Shown in pieces: positions 41,091-53,425 of a stretch of DNA of 64,000 nt. A program made the translations under genes and the position numbers. Positions within the stretch are counted from its first letter, which is position 1; every line of letters starts with the position of its first letter. The notes beneath the pieces are model-generated. The model was not told the DNA's origin. It did not search any database and saw only the letters and a program-made list of their open reading frames with translations. Source of the DNA: Takakia lepidozioides (lineage: Eukaryota > Plantae > Bryophyta); the NCBI GenBank assembly GCA_030704615.1, contig CM060733.1, positions 70,060,001 to 70,124,000 of the forward strand, read 5' to 3'.

Positions 41091-42726
41091 TTTTTTTTTA
41101 GGGCTAGAGTAGGGATAAATTGTAGGGCTGAAAGCTAAAAATGTAGTTTGGGCTGGAAAGTTTAGATTGATGTCATACTTCTCAAAGACGTGTAAGAGGG
41201 CATGTAGAAGACACTTGCAAAGTTTTGGAGCAATAAAATATCATTTCATTGGGGAAGTTTCCGTTCACCCTTTCATCCAATTTTGAATTGAACTGGATTT
41301 TTATTAAATAAAATAATTTAGAGGGCATAGGATTGTGGGGCGCAATGATTTTGTTTTTGGCTTGATTTTGTTCTGTGAGTTGAACCCTCACACCACCACA
41401 TCCTAGCCAAAACATGTACCAAAGAAAAATGTTTGAAAAAAAACGTTCATCATTTGCTCTATTCTCACTATTGCAAAACTCTCTATGAAGAGTGCATGAA
41501 GTTGAAGATAACTTCACCTTAGAGTGCAAATGAGGGAATAAAATATGTTTTGGATGCAGACGATGTCTGTTCATGGTGATATTTTGCATGCAACTCTTCA
41601 TGTTGTTATCAGGCATATGGCTTCAGAAGGAATTAAAAACAATTCATGTGCAGGCGAAAGGTTGTTTATCGTCTATACGACATATACCTCCGTTATGAAT
41701 TTGAATAACCCATTCAAACAACTTTGTTGAAGTTCAACTTTGGTCCATATGTGCTTAAGTACGTACAAATCACATACACAAAGTTGCAAGCGAAGAAATA
41801 ATTATTTGCCACCCGAACGACTCGTTAAACCTTTCAACCAATTTTCAATCATGAATCATTTAATAGGGGAAGTATTGGTTCACCCTTAGAACCATTTTAG
41901 ATTGACCTCATACTTGTCCGGTAACTTAAAGAGGGCATGTATAAGACACTCCCAAAGTTTCAAATCAATCTAAAATCATTTGACAGGGGAACGATTGGTT
42001 CACCCATTGACCCGGTGTACACTGTCACTCTTCAAGATTCGTGGGTGTGGTGCTTGATTATCCCATATGATGGACCCAGGTGCCATGCCAAATAACAAAC
42101 CATTAAAACATTATGGTACGAGACAAACATAATTGAAAACAACATTTATTCAAACATGATGTACAGTCAGAGGTCTACAAGTTTCTATCCATCCTCCAAC
42201 AATTTTTGGGCTCAGGCCAATTGAATAGCCCCGTCATGAGACGCTTCACAACATTTTCTAGTTTGTACCGCAACTCTACTGTGTTTACACACAAGTTTTC
42301 CAAAGCCGAAGCAAAACAAGTTCCAGTAGACATATCGTTGAACAGGCTTGCATCGAACGTGTTATCCCCATTTATTGCTTGGGCTATCTTCCCAATTGCA
42401 AAGGTATTTGATGGCACGGTTAGAGGAGGCCTACGAGGTGTCCCATCTGACTGGTTGTTGGCTACATTATGAACAATTGCAATTTCAGGTGCAATCCACC
42501 ATCTATGTGTGAGAGTTTTTATCATCTTGTCTCTGCTCTCGAAAATGTACAACGTGGTTTTTGGGTCATCCATCGTGGAAGCCATCCCCCAATCGCATAC
42601 CTCGATGTACACATCTTCAGACCCTTGTGGAAAATGCAACAAGATGTTGTCGGGGGACATGTTGTTGTGCAAGAGGTGGTGATTATGGACGTTGAGCATG
42701 GTGTGCAAATGCGCCCATGCTAATTG

Positions 42727-45700
42727 CACTACAACAGATTGCGGCTTTTATGACTTCCATGGGTGCGTAGTCATGACAGATTTGTGGCAGAAATGCCATT
42801 TGCAGTCGTAAAATGCTTTTGAAGTCATAATGCAGGTCTAGGGAAGGTGTATATGCGACTGCATGGCTCCGGACTCTGCGCAACACAAATCAAACATATT
42901 TGACCACAAATATTGGCATGGTAGATATGACTACCAGTCACGGTCATGGCTACACTGGAATGACATGTGCATATTGCTAGACAGACATATAACTTCATGA
43001 CTCTCACTCTAATGCATTCTGCCAAATCATCACATTGATGAATCACTACATGACTGCACGTGTCGACACATCCTTTTCTGTTTATATATATAATATATGA
43101 GTATTTATATTTTGAAAAACCGGAGACTCTGACCACTAGAATGAATTTAAAAAATCAAAATCAAAATCAAAGTGCAAAAAGGTTTAAAAAAAAAGCACAT
43201 CGGCTGGTAAGTGCACAGTGTGTCGCCCTGGTGGTTTGGGGTTCAAACCCGTTGCCCTTATCCCGTGTGTGGGATTGTTCGTGACAGTATGTCTGGGCCT
43301 TGATCGTCATATAGGTCTTATGGCCCATAAATGAAGGCGGGTGAATTTTTCCCCCTCCTCAAGGGCCTGTTGTTTCCTTGAAGAAAAAAAAAACAAACAA
43401 AAAAAAAACAAAAAGGGGCTTTTAGGGTTTACAAAAAGGTTAAAAAACTTAAAAAATTGCTTATCGCGGTAGTCGTGAACAGACTTAGAGCGAGCGGGAG
43501 GGAGAGAGAAAGAGGGCTGGGACTTAGAGTGAGCGAGCGGGAGGGAGGGCAAACATGCATGGGAGGCCCGCAATTGGAGCAGCCTTCGCATCTGAAGCAA
43601 GCATCCTAGAAATGGTAGGGTATGTTTGTGAGGAGGTGCTAGGGTATGTGTCCGAGGAGGTTTCGGCTGGGAACTCGCCGTTCTTGGGAGATTCAGCTTG
43701 GTCTTAGCAGGCCGTGTTTCAATCTCTACCCGCTCAGCTGCACCGTGGTGGTTCTGACAGACCAATCCGACATTACCTGACTACAGACACAAACAGCACA
43801 CACAAGAGGTCATCTTGGGTTCATGGTCAGTCAAATCCTCCATGGGTCATGACACAAGGTCGAGGACAATGTGGTGAAGGTCCTCAAAATGAAGTTGGGG
43901 TCGACCCTCGCCCCCCACTACACGCTGAAGCCACTGATAGTGCCCCAATGGAGCGACCGGGTGATGTACTGCCAGGACCGATCGACGTACGCAACCATGT
44001 TCATACAAACGATGGTGTCGAACCCATTGTACAGTCAACGGGACGGGATCATGCCTCACCGATACAACCAGCTCCACCACAATGCCAAAACTGATCCAGC
44101 TCCCCATCAACACAGCGGGCATTAAGGAGCAACAGGGTTGATCTGTTTTCCACACGCATGCATCATTCTGTTGCACCTTCTTCTTCGACCTATTTCAGCC
44201 TGTTTTGCCCTCTCATCAGACTCGGCCCAGAATTTGAATCATGGAGCAGAGCTGGCATGATTTTTTTAAAGATCCTTCACGATGGTGCGACAACCGCAAT
44301 CGCAAGGTGTGGCTTCTTCTTAATGTACGATGTGAAGAAGTTTGTCCATCCTGCAAATGTGGGCTGTTGGCTCCTGTTAGTACCATGATTTGATATTCTT
44401 CCTGATGTTTACAGGGTTCTTAGGAGAGTCAGCTTGGTCTTAGCAGGCCGTGTTTCAATGTCTGCCTGCTTAGCTGCACCGTGGTGTAGGTTCTCACAGA
44501 CCAATCTGACATTACCTGACTACAAAACACAAGCAGCACACACAAGAGGTCCTTTTGGGTTGATGGTCGGTCAAATCCTCCATGGGTCATGACACAAGGT
44601 CAAGGCCAATGTGGTGAGGGAACCTTCTTCTTCGACCTATTTCAGCCTGTTTTGCCCTCTCATCAGACTCGGCCTTGAGATGCATATTGAATTTTGTAAG
44701 TTAGTTCATTGCTCGTTGATAAGTAGGGTTGGGGGTGTTTGCTGGAACAATTCTAGGCTGTCATTGTCTGCTGCTAGCAGGAAGGCAAGGATGTATGCAT
44801 GATTTTGTGCAGAGGCATAGATAGCTGAAGGAGCAGGGATAGAGTGTGGGCCTAGATTCGTCCAAGAGGGCCGGATTTCAAGCTCCATTATTTCAGTGTC
44901 ATCCATTCAGCCAGGGATTTCCTGGTGACATTGCCAAGGCTTTACTCGCAACACGATGCTTGTAAAGCTTCCTTAGCTTGAATGCTGATTATGCTTGAAT
45001 TATTAGGTTTGTAAAGCCAGTTTTGAAATTTTCAGACGTGTAGGGACTTGGACGAGAGTAAGGGGGAGTTTGTTGGGCCGTGGAGCTCTTCGGTGCCAAG
45101 AATGTCGTGCCGCTACACCACTATACTCTTGACTGCTATCCTCTTACATCCATGGGTTGTGTAAGGAATATATTCAGTGGCAGCATGCATCTTCTCAAGT
45201 GACTAAAGAGTGTATTTTCTCTTCAGTACGCCACAGTTATAGGAAGCGTCTCACTAGAATCAAAAAGTTGAAATGGGATAGGAGAGTCTCGGTACGTGCA
45301 TGATGAGCAAGGCTGGAATGTCTGACTTGGTTTTCATGGCAAATGATGTGGCAGTTTTGGCAATTTGAATGATGTATAGCTTGGAACCCACATGGCCACT
45401 ATGTTGATGGGATGGCCCTAAAGGTTTGCCTTCTCTCCTTCCTATTTGTCTCTAATTTATGTTCCACTTTGGGTTTTGCATTACAATGCTTACCAGGGTG
45501 TGAAGAAAGTAAAGGTGCGAATAGGTGCTATGTTAACAATTCAACTGTTGTTTTCAAGAAAGGTTGGTGGTGCGCTAAATGACTGGCGTGGATCTTGGAC
45601 TCATAGCATTACAGATACTGATTATGGTATCTTTCTCTCTGATGATTCCTATTTTCTTTGTTTTTGTGCTTCACAAGATAGCTTTGTGTTTACTCTTACT

Positions 45701-48700
45701 TGTTTTCAAGCTGGTGTGAGTATGTTGTCACCAGGACCTTGTCAAATGTGTCCCCTCGTAGGAAAGCTTGCAAAGTAGAAATTACTTCAGATGTTGTAGA
45801 AATACTGAGCAGAGTCTCTGCAGGGCTGGTGCTATCTGATATAGCCCTTATGGCACCATGGGAAGCACTGGTAGCTACAGCTTTGAGTTTGCGAGGCCAC
45901 TTTGCACGTTTGATCGATTTCAGGAGGTGTGCATGTCCAGACATTGACGATACCATTTCAAAGTTCTCCCGTCCACATTTTGCTTGATACCGGGATATTG
46001 TGGGTAAAGTAGCAGGGTGGTTTTATATATGTTTAAATCTCATCTTCTATTGGCAATTGTGGCTCAAAAGTCCACAGATAGGTTGGTCATGGGTCATAGC
46101 AGGGTCCATGGGGGCATGAAATCTCACCTTGTTGACATGCCCATGCAGGATGCTCAGTTCAGATTTTTCCGGGAGCAGTTAGTAGTGAGCGAGGTGTTTC
46201 AAGGGCAACTGCAGGTGCCATTGGTGCATTCTCCCTTCTTTTGTCGTTGGCAGTTGTATCCGTGTCTTGGATACTAGTAGAATTTTTCCTATATCAGTCA
46301 TGGCAGTAGATGCAAAGCCAAAACAGGGCAACAGAAGGAAAAGAAGGGCCTAGCATAGAGAGACTATAATTGCCACCAAGAGAGGCAGAGACAAAAGATG
46401 GGTGGAAGAATTAGGTTTTAAATCATACTTCCATGTTTGCTCTGGCTGCTGCGGAAGACTTTGACCCCATGATCAGCATAGTTCTTCAGTTGGATCTTAG
46501 AAGGCTATGCCCCCAAGGAGAACTCTACTTTTCATTATATGTTAGAGCTGTGATTTTAGTTAAACTGCAGCCATGAGTGTCCTCCTGACTGGGTTAGGGG
46601 TAATCCTGGTGCAGGTTAATACCAGTGGAGAGCAGTGTAAGCTTCATATGCCCTTTTGGTGCTAGTTATCTTCATGTATGGTACTGTTGAACCACCAACA
46701 ATCTTTTGGTGAGATTCTGTCTTGGTGCACGTGTCTGATAAAGAAAGACGGTAATGTTTGTTCTGAAACCTGAAGGCGTGAAATGATTCAACACAGCAAG
46801 AGCATTACGCGTGTCACAGTACAAGTTGTAAGAAAGCAAGAGATACATAGTTATACAGTCAAACAGACAACTATCAGTTTATGTGGAATCTCTTGCCAAT
46901 GGCAGGATGGGTTGGGAACAGCCAAGTCAGGAGGTGAATGCATGTCAAATTACCACATGTCCTTTTGAACACTGCCCCTGCCCTGGTGGACATGTATGCC
47001 AAATGTGGTTGCATCAAGGATGCCAAGGGAGTGTTCAACACTGTGGCTGAACGAGATGTGGTGTCGTGGAGTGCGATGCTTGCAGGGTATGCACAGCTGG
47101 GGTGCGGGATGGAGAGCAAATGATGGGGAAGGGGTGAAGGCCGCCAACATAACGTTTGTGTGCGTTTGCAGTGCGCCTGGCAGCCCTGGAAAAAGGCAAA
47201 GAGATCCCTGGTGACATCATCAAATCTGCAATTGTACCAGATGTCATCCTGAACATTGCTCTGGTGGCCATGCATGCTAAATGTGGGAGCATTGAGGATG
47301 CCAAGGGAGTGTTTAACACTATGGCTGAACCAGATGTGGTGTCATGGAATGCGATGCTTGCAGGGTATGCAGAGCAAGAGCGCGGGATGGGGCTTTGGAC
47401 ACCTGAAAGCAAATGATGGGGAAAGGGGTGAAGGTACCTTCTTCAACATATTTCACCCTGTTTTCCCTACTAGTGTTTGCTTTGACAATTCTAGGCTGTC
47501 ATTGTCAGCTGCTAGCAGCAAGGCGAGGATGTATGCATGATTGTGCAGAGGCATGGATAGCTGAAGGAGTAGGGATTTTGTGTGGGTCCAGATTCATCCA
47601 AGAGGGCCAGATTTCAAGCACAAGATTACCTGTGATTCCCTATGGATCAATAGCTACAAGAAACCTGCATGGGTAGATGGTCAACTGGCAGCAGCAACAG
47701 TGATAAAAATCAGGCACTGCTAATGAAGGCATCTTCTTCAACACATTTCACCCTGTTTTTCCCTCTTATGAGAATCGGCCCTAAATTTCCATGTTCAATT
47801 CTACAAGTTAGCTGGTTGAGTGAATCTAGTTTGGAGTGACTTTGACATGATACTGCCAATGTGACAACAAGAAAGTGTCAAAAAACAGGTAACAAAGATG
47901 AGGAGAAGCTGTGGAATGAATACTTATCTGAGCCCAGTCACTGATGGGTCAACCGGGGCAGAAAGGTGAATGCCTGCTACATTTCAGAGAGTAGCAGACG
48001 CAATTCAGCATAAGAACTAGTGTGCTACGTTGAGTTGGGTGTTTCCTAGAACAAATGTAGGCTGTCATTGTCAGCTACTAGCAGCAAGGCAAGGATGAAT
48101 GCTTGATTTGTGCAGAGGCATGGATAGCTGAAGGAGTAGAGATAGAATGTGGGTGACGTAGGGTGTTGGGCAATGGGCAAGACGTCTTTGTATAAACGTG
48201 AGTAACCTTCCTATCCTCCTGGCTCTCATTTTTAGTGCATGTTTCGTTGTGAAGTATCTGACGACTTCACCAACACACACCAACCTTTTTGCTTTGGTTT
48301 GTTTACGAGTCCATGGGATAGAAGTGACCATAAACAACACTGGCATTGGTTTTTCATATATGGTATTAGATAATTCTCTTAATTGTTTTCGCCTTGGCAG
48401 GTTGCTCAGTGACCTTCCCTGGACGCTTTGGAGTATAGCGAGTGAGTGTCTCACAATGCAATGTTGGTTGGTGCATCTTATGCAAGAACTTGGAAAAGAA
48501 ACAGATGTCCTTGCTGTAGTAATTCTTAAAGACATGCAAGCCTTAGTTTTTGATGGGTTGTAGATTGATGGAATACATGAGTAGTTAGAAGATTCTGGGT
48601 GAACACTTTTCAAAGTGTTATAGTTAGACAATATAATTCACATGAGAAAATGTGACTATTTTATGTATTTTTAGATCGCGACAAAAATGATAATGATAAA

Positions 48701-49329
48701 TAGATTGGTAAATAGAGATGGTGTACAATCTCTTGGTTTTGCTCAGCTTGTTGCAGTTATGTCTTGTTGCCTTGTTCTCTTTGTATTTATTATATTTCAT
48801 TGTTGTAATAGACATGTACATGACTACTATCATAGTCATAATAATGACTACATCTATTTTCATTCTCCAATAGTACTACACCACGTGGCAGAAATACAAA
48901 TATGTAAAAAAATTAGCAATACACCCAAAAAAACATCCATCATGACACATGTCGATCTGCTGAGGGACCACGTGTAAAAACTGCAACGCGCCACGTCTTG
49001 CAACCAGATTAGCACACCTGTAGTCATAGTTCGCAGTCATGGAGAGCGAACACTTTGCCACGTGTCATTTCCTGTATCGAGCACGTGTCACTCTTGCATA
49101 GCCGCTGACATGGACTACACTGTCCGTTCAGTCATTCAGTAAAGCCAGTGTGTATGACTACCCCCACAGCTGCTCAGGCGCCACGTCACAGCCAGCCTGG
49201 AGAGTCATATCTGTCATGTCACAATTGACTAGGCTTTTACGTCTTCAGAGTCAGGAAGTCGTAAATGGCTTCCATAACTGCATTTGCAGTCATAACACAG
49301 AGACGTAAAAACCGCAATCTGTTGTAGTG
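42727..49329. mobile_element. Non-autonomous CACTA (Pack-type) element 2, ~6.6 kb, carrying PPR and other fragments
   Basis: Perfect 18-bp TIR CACTACAACAGATTGCGG; TSD TTG (42724-42726 / 49330-49332); internal blocks homologous to CACTA element 1. Confidence 0.95.
46960..47430 (+). pseudogene. PLS-class PPR fragments inside CACTA element 2
   Basis: ALVDMYAKCGCIKDAKGVFNTVAERDVVSWSAMLAGYAQLG and a second unit AKCGSIEDAKGVF..DVVSWNAMLAGY. Confidence 0.9.
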
Positions 49330-50659
49330 TTGGGTGCGATTCTGTCGGAATCGAACCAGTTGGTTGACCTCTTGCATTTCCTGTTCCGTCCCTCGTCGTT
49401 CCATTAACTTCTTGTTATCCCGATCATTCCCCCATTTCCTGTCAATACTCAACCATGATCGTATGGTCCCCCCATTCCACCAATGTGTGTAACCTTCATT
49501 TCGACATGGATGCAACGCAAAATACTTTATGATGCCGAAATGATGGAACTTTACAGCCAACGCCTCATTGTTATGTTGGACTTTGGCAAGCTTAGCATTT
49601 GTTTCCCTGGGCGTTTTCCCTGCTAGCTCCCAAGATGGAGAAATGAATTGATCCTCAACAATTCTAACCCTCCGAATTGTACCATACCCTCCCTGTTTGG
49701 GCGCATCGAGTTGTTGTACCTGTGCGTTTGTGGATATGTATCTCACGTTCAATGCCGCATCCGCGAACGAGGACCCTGCCTTCCATGGGAGTGGTTTCGT
49801 ACGTCGTTTGGCATGGGCCTTTGCCATGTCAGACCACCAATCCACAAGCACAAACAACTCCTCCTCTGATGTTGGCATGCGACCTTCAGCTACAGGTGTT
49901 CTCGTAACAAACTTGTCCATGGTTTGCCTCAGATTCCATAAGGCATCATGGGCCCGGTCCTCCATCCATTTCGTGAACTGGAACTTCGCCCTGTCCTCCT
50001 CCCATTCATCCCCGGCCAAAGCCTCCCTCGTTCTCATCTCCATATTGTGTTGGAATCTAAGGAACCCCTCATTCCCATGTCGGACATACAAAAGATTCAA
50101 ACGCATTATGTTATTGTCCTTCAAATAATCCAGCACTACTTGCTTCACCACCTTCGCGGGCCTCTACGCTTGGATAGTTTTTTTGGTTGACCTAACTATC
50201 CCGTTTATGTGCATGTTTACGCTTCTTGCCTTTACGCCCACTTCCCGAGGAACCCCCTGACACTGCGCTCGAAGCAACGTTTCCGGACATGATGAAAGTA
50301 CTCTGCGACGCGGCTTCGTAACGGAAAACTAAACCCAAACTATTGATAACCTTATATACTAGCAGACCAATTTCCTCACCCTCTATTGGTATAGTACCCA
50401 AAGCAAACTCTCCCGCAGTCCCAGGAAAAAAAAGCAAAAACTCCTCCTCCACACAAATCCACTTTCTCCCCCCCCCACGGCTCAGTCCTGGCCACCGAAG
50501 TTGAAACTCCAATAAGCCCCAGAACTGCACTCACAGAGAGGGAAAAAAATGGGTTGGGAATGAGGGGTAGGCCCTTATATACTGCCTGGAGAGGCCTGCC
50601 TTGAGCGGCGCGCAACCGCCTCTGCTGCCCATTCACGCCTCGCCACGTGTCCAGGTAGC

Positions 50660-51090
50660 GGTCGCACCTATGGGTGGTCGCAGCTAATAACAAAACAAAA
50701 AAAATGTTGTGACCCCCCCTGCTGGTGGTCGCACCTTTTTAAAAACAAAACGAAAATGTGCGACCCCCCATAAGCGGTCGCACCTAATAACAAAAAAGAA
50801 AAAGTTTGCGACCACCACAGGCTGGTGGTCGCACCTATTTTAAAAAAATGAAAATGTTGCGACCACCACCTGCTGGTGGTCGAACCCAATTTAAAAAAAA
50901 AGAAAAAATGTGCAACCACCCTCTGCTTGTGGTCGCACCTATTAAAAAAATGAAAATGCTGCGACCACCACCTGCTGGTGGTCGCACCCATTTAAAAAAT
51001 AAGAAAAAATGTGTGACCACCCCCTTCTGGTGGTCGCACCTATTTTTTTAAAAAGAAAATTGTCCGACCAACCTTTGCTGACGGTCGCAT
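50660..51090. repeat. Right array of TGCGACCACC palindromes (about 8 units), upstream of the kinase gene
   Basis: ~50-bp units with A-rich spacers, mirror image of the left array; TATATAA on minus strand at 50581-50575. Confidence 0.9.
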
Positions 51091-51610
51091 GATTGACAAT
51101 ATAAATCATAATATATAAATTTTACAGATAAATAATGAAGTCCACGTAATGAGGCCACATCGGTTGCCACGTCGGTTCTTGTAGTAAAGTAAAAAAATAA
51201 ACATATTTATGTACAGTAACGTCCGTTTAGGACGTGACGTGACGCACGTCCGTCGCTGACGTCGGACGTGACGCTGACGCATCAACGCCACGTCACGTCC
51301 AAATTTGCAACTAGGTTGATTGGCGAGGACCAGCAGGAGAGCGCTGGCGATATATCATGATTCAGGAACATCTGATCTGGTTACTCTCTACCTCAAGGTG
51401 GCGCTCTACTTTTATTGACTGGAATTGCTTAGCTTGGGAGGGATATACTGATATACTTGGTGATTGGCGTGCACAAGTGGCCATCAGGGTCGGGAGCCAG
51501 TGTATGAGCAGATAGATTTTTTGTTTCAGCTTTCACGGTGCTTCCTGACCAGCTTAGTGGGCTGGTTGAATGGACTTGTTTTGATTTGTGTTTTTCGAAT
51601 AATTGTTTCA

Positions 51611-51745
51611 GAAGTGGTGCAAGGGAAAGCAAAAAGAGAAGGTAAACAACTTAGTGTTGTTCAATCAAGGCACTTACGACAAGCTGCTGAGTGAAGTGCC
51701 CAAATACAAGCTCATTACCCCTTCAGTGTTGTCCGACCATCTTGG
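51611..51745 (+). pseudogene. RPS25: Orphan exon of 40S ribosomal protein S25
   Basis: After acceptor tttcag: [42 protein letters not shown], with small indels. Not in the ORF track. Confidence 0.85.
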
Positions 51746-51767
51746 GTACTAACTCTATGAATATGAC

Positions 51768-51935
51768 ATGTGGATAGGTGATAGTGAGCCAGTGGTTGCA
51801 TTTGTCTTGTATAGATTTTTAGTGGAGCATGACTTGTCAGCTCTGTATGTTTATGAGCTGCAGCTGGAGCAATGCGTTCAAGGAAAGGGGCTTGGCAAAT
51901 TCCTAATGCAGTTCCTTGAATTGATTGCACGAAAG
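51768..51935 (+). pseudogene. NAA40: Orphan exon of N-alpha-acetyltransferase 40 (NatD)-like GNAT
   Basis: VVAFVLYRFLVEHDLSALYVYELQLEQCVQGKGLGKFLMQFLELIARK followed by a GT donor. Confidence 0.8.
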
Positions 51936-53425
51936 GTGTATCTCTTTCCTTATTTTGTCCTGGGAGCATAAGTGTAAACTAGATATGTTAATTTCAGCTC
52001 ATGCTTTGTTATAGGTCAGTCATTCTCTTTGCCAACATCGAGATGTGATAAGTGGTCCCTACAATCAAGAATGGCTTTGGTGTTGATTGTGTGTTGATTT
52101 AGTCATACAAATCCATCTACCAATCTATCCTGAATGAATCATTTAGTTGGAGGACTCGTAGATAATCAAGATGATTTCTATGGTGTGATGACATCACAAG
52201 AACCATGGGGGGGGGGGGGGGCTGTGCAGCAGCAGACCATTCAAAGGCTGCTACCCGCAACCATAAGCTGCTGCTATGAGTGTGAAGCATTCAAGTTGTC
52301 CGTCTGCCAAGGCTGCAGTGAGTAGCTTGCGAAGACCTTTTCACATATTTCCCACCAGGTGCTGGGACAGGTGCTACAGCAAACAACGTTGTATATGTTG
52401 CTGGCCCTGATATCAGAACATGGTGCCATCAATCTTAGTAATGCGAAAGCTGAATATAAGAGCTCATCTGGGGAGGACCTCATCTGGTACTTCGGGACGG
52501 ATGACATTTGTACATAATGTAGAAAAGAATGTAGAAATGACATGGTTCTGTTTGCACATTTGAAGTGAAGTTTGGGACCTTGAACCGAGAAAGAGGGAAT
52601 GGTCAAAATCAATTCTGACCTGCATTGCTCAAGTTTGCAGTTGGGATATCGGATGGGAAGTGGAACTTTTGCAGGTCAAAATTGCTGAAGCCACACCTTG
52701 AGCAATGCCATTTGAGGCTGTGGTTGACAAAGATCTGCCTTTGATGGACACCTGTTCTGTATGATAGCAAGTGCACTCATCCCTGTAAAATGTACCACCA
52801 TTGGTATCTCCATGGAAAGGAGAGATCAGCTGAGCTCAGGTGCTGGATAACAACTTGTTTCCCCACTTGGCTGGTCCTTCATGAACTTATGTTAAAATTA
52901 ACGGGGAATGGATTGGGAAAACTTCTTATGCTGGTTTTTTCTGATTCATGCAAACCAAAAATTATATGGCATTACCTCACCTGGTGAGCTAACCCCTGAT
53001 ACAAGAAAAAGGAGACAAACAAGGTGCCAAAGTCCTGAACCCCTCACACCAAAGTAGCCAAAGCTAGAACCAAAATCACTTGGCTCCTTAACAAAGTGTT
53101 GTAGATGCATATGGCCTTATCTCTGAATTGAAGCTAAATCAAATAAATCAGTATTTGAATCAGATAACAAAGCCACACTTTATGAAGTGTTGCCGCACGT
53201 CATATACCAAATCCAGACGTGCGATCAGCATCTGAACTTCAGGCAATTCCTAATACCCTCACAACTTTTGTAAAATTGGAGCACTCCATTAGTCAGACAA
53301 TACCAAGGAATTAACAAACGGGATATTGGCTTTTGTAAAATTGGAGCACTCCATTAGTCAGACAATACCAAGGAATTAATAAACATGATACTGGCTTTTT
53401 ACCTTCAGGCACTTAGCTACTGAGA

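Larger units (their letters stand above)
42175..50290 (-). pseudogene. Protein kinase cargo gene split by CACTA element 2 (N-terminal half 50290-49330, C-lobe 42726-42175)
   Basis: GGYGTI (Gly loop), AGK (beta3 Lys), HFGIIKY, WWNGGT, then LLHNNMSPDNIL, CDWGMA, WIAPE, NTFAIG. Removing the insertion and one TSD gives in-frame RQNRTQ-LAWAH. Confidence 0.88.
26278..51315 (+). mobile_element. Large cargo-carrying hAT-superfamily DNA transposon (~25 kb with nested insertions, ~14 kb net)
   Basis: Left end CAGGGTTGCA; right end TGCAACTAGG (7/10 inverted match). Flanking 8-mers TTGATGGG (26270-26277) and TTGATTGG (51316-51323) match 7/8. Both ends have ACGTC/GACGT-rich subtermini then TGCGACCACC palindrome arrays; internal hAT transposase. 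Confidence 0.7.

Noticed and set aside
24255-47540. Functional PPR genes
   Set aside because: All pieces are short, frameshifted or stop-ridden, and no E/DYW domain or complete gene was seen.
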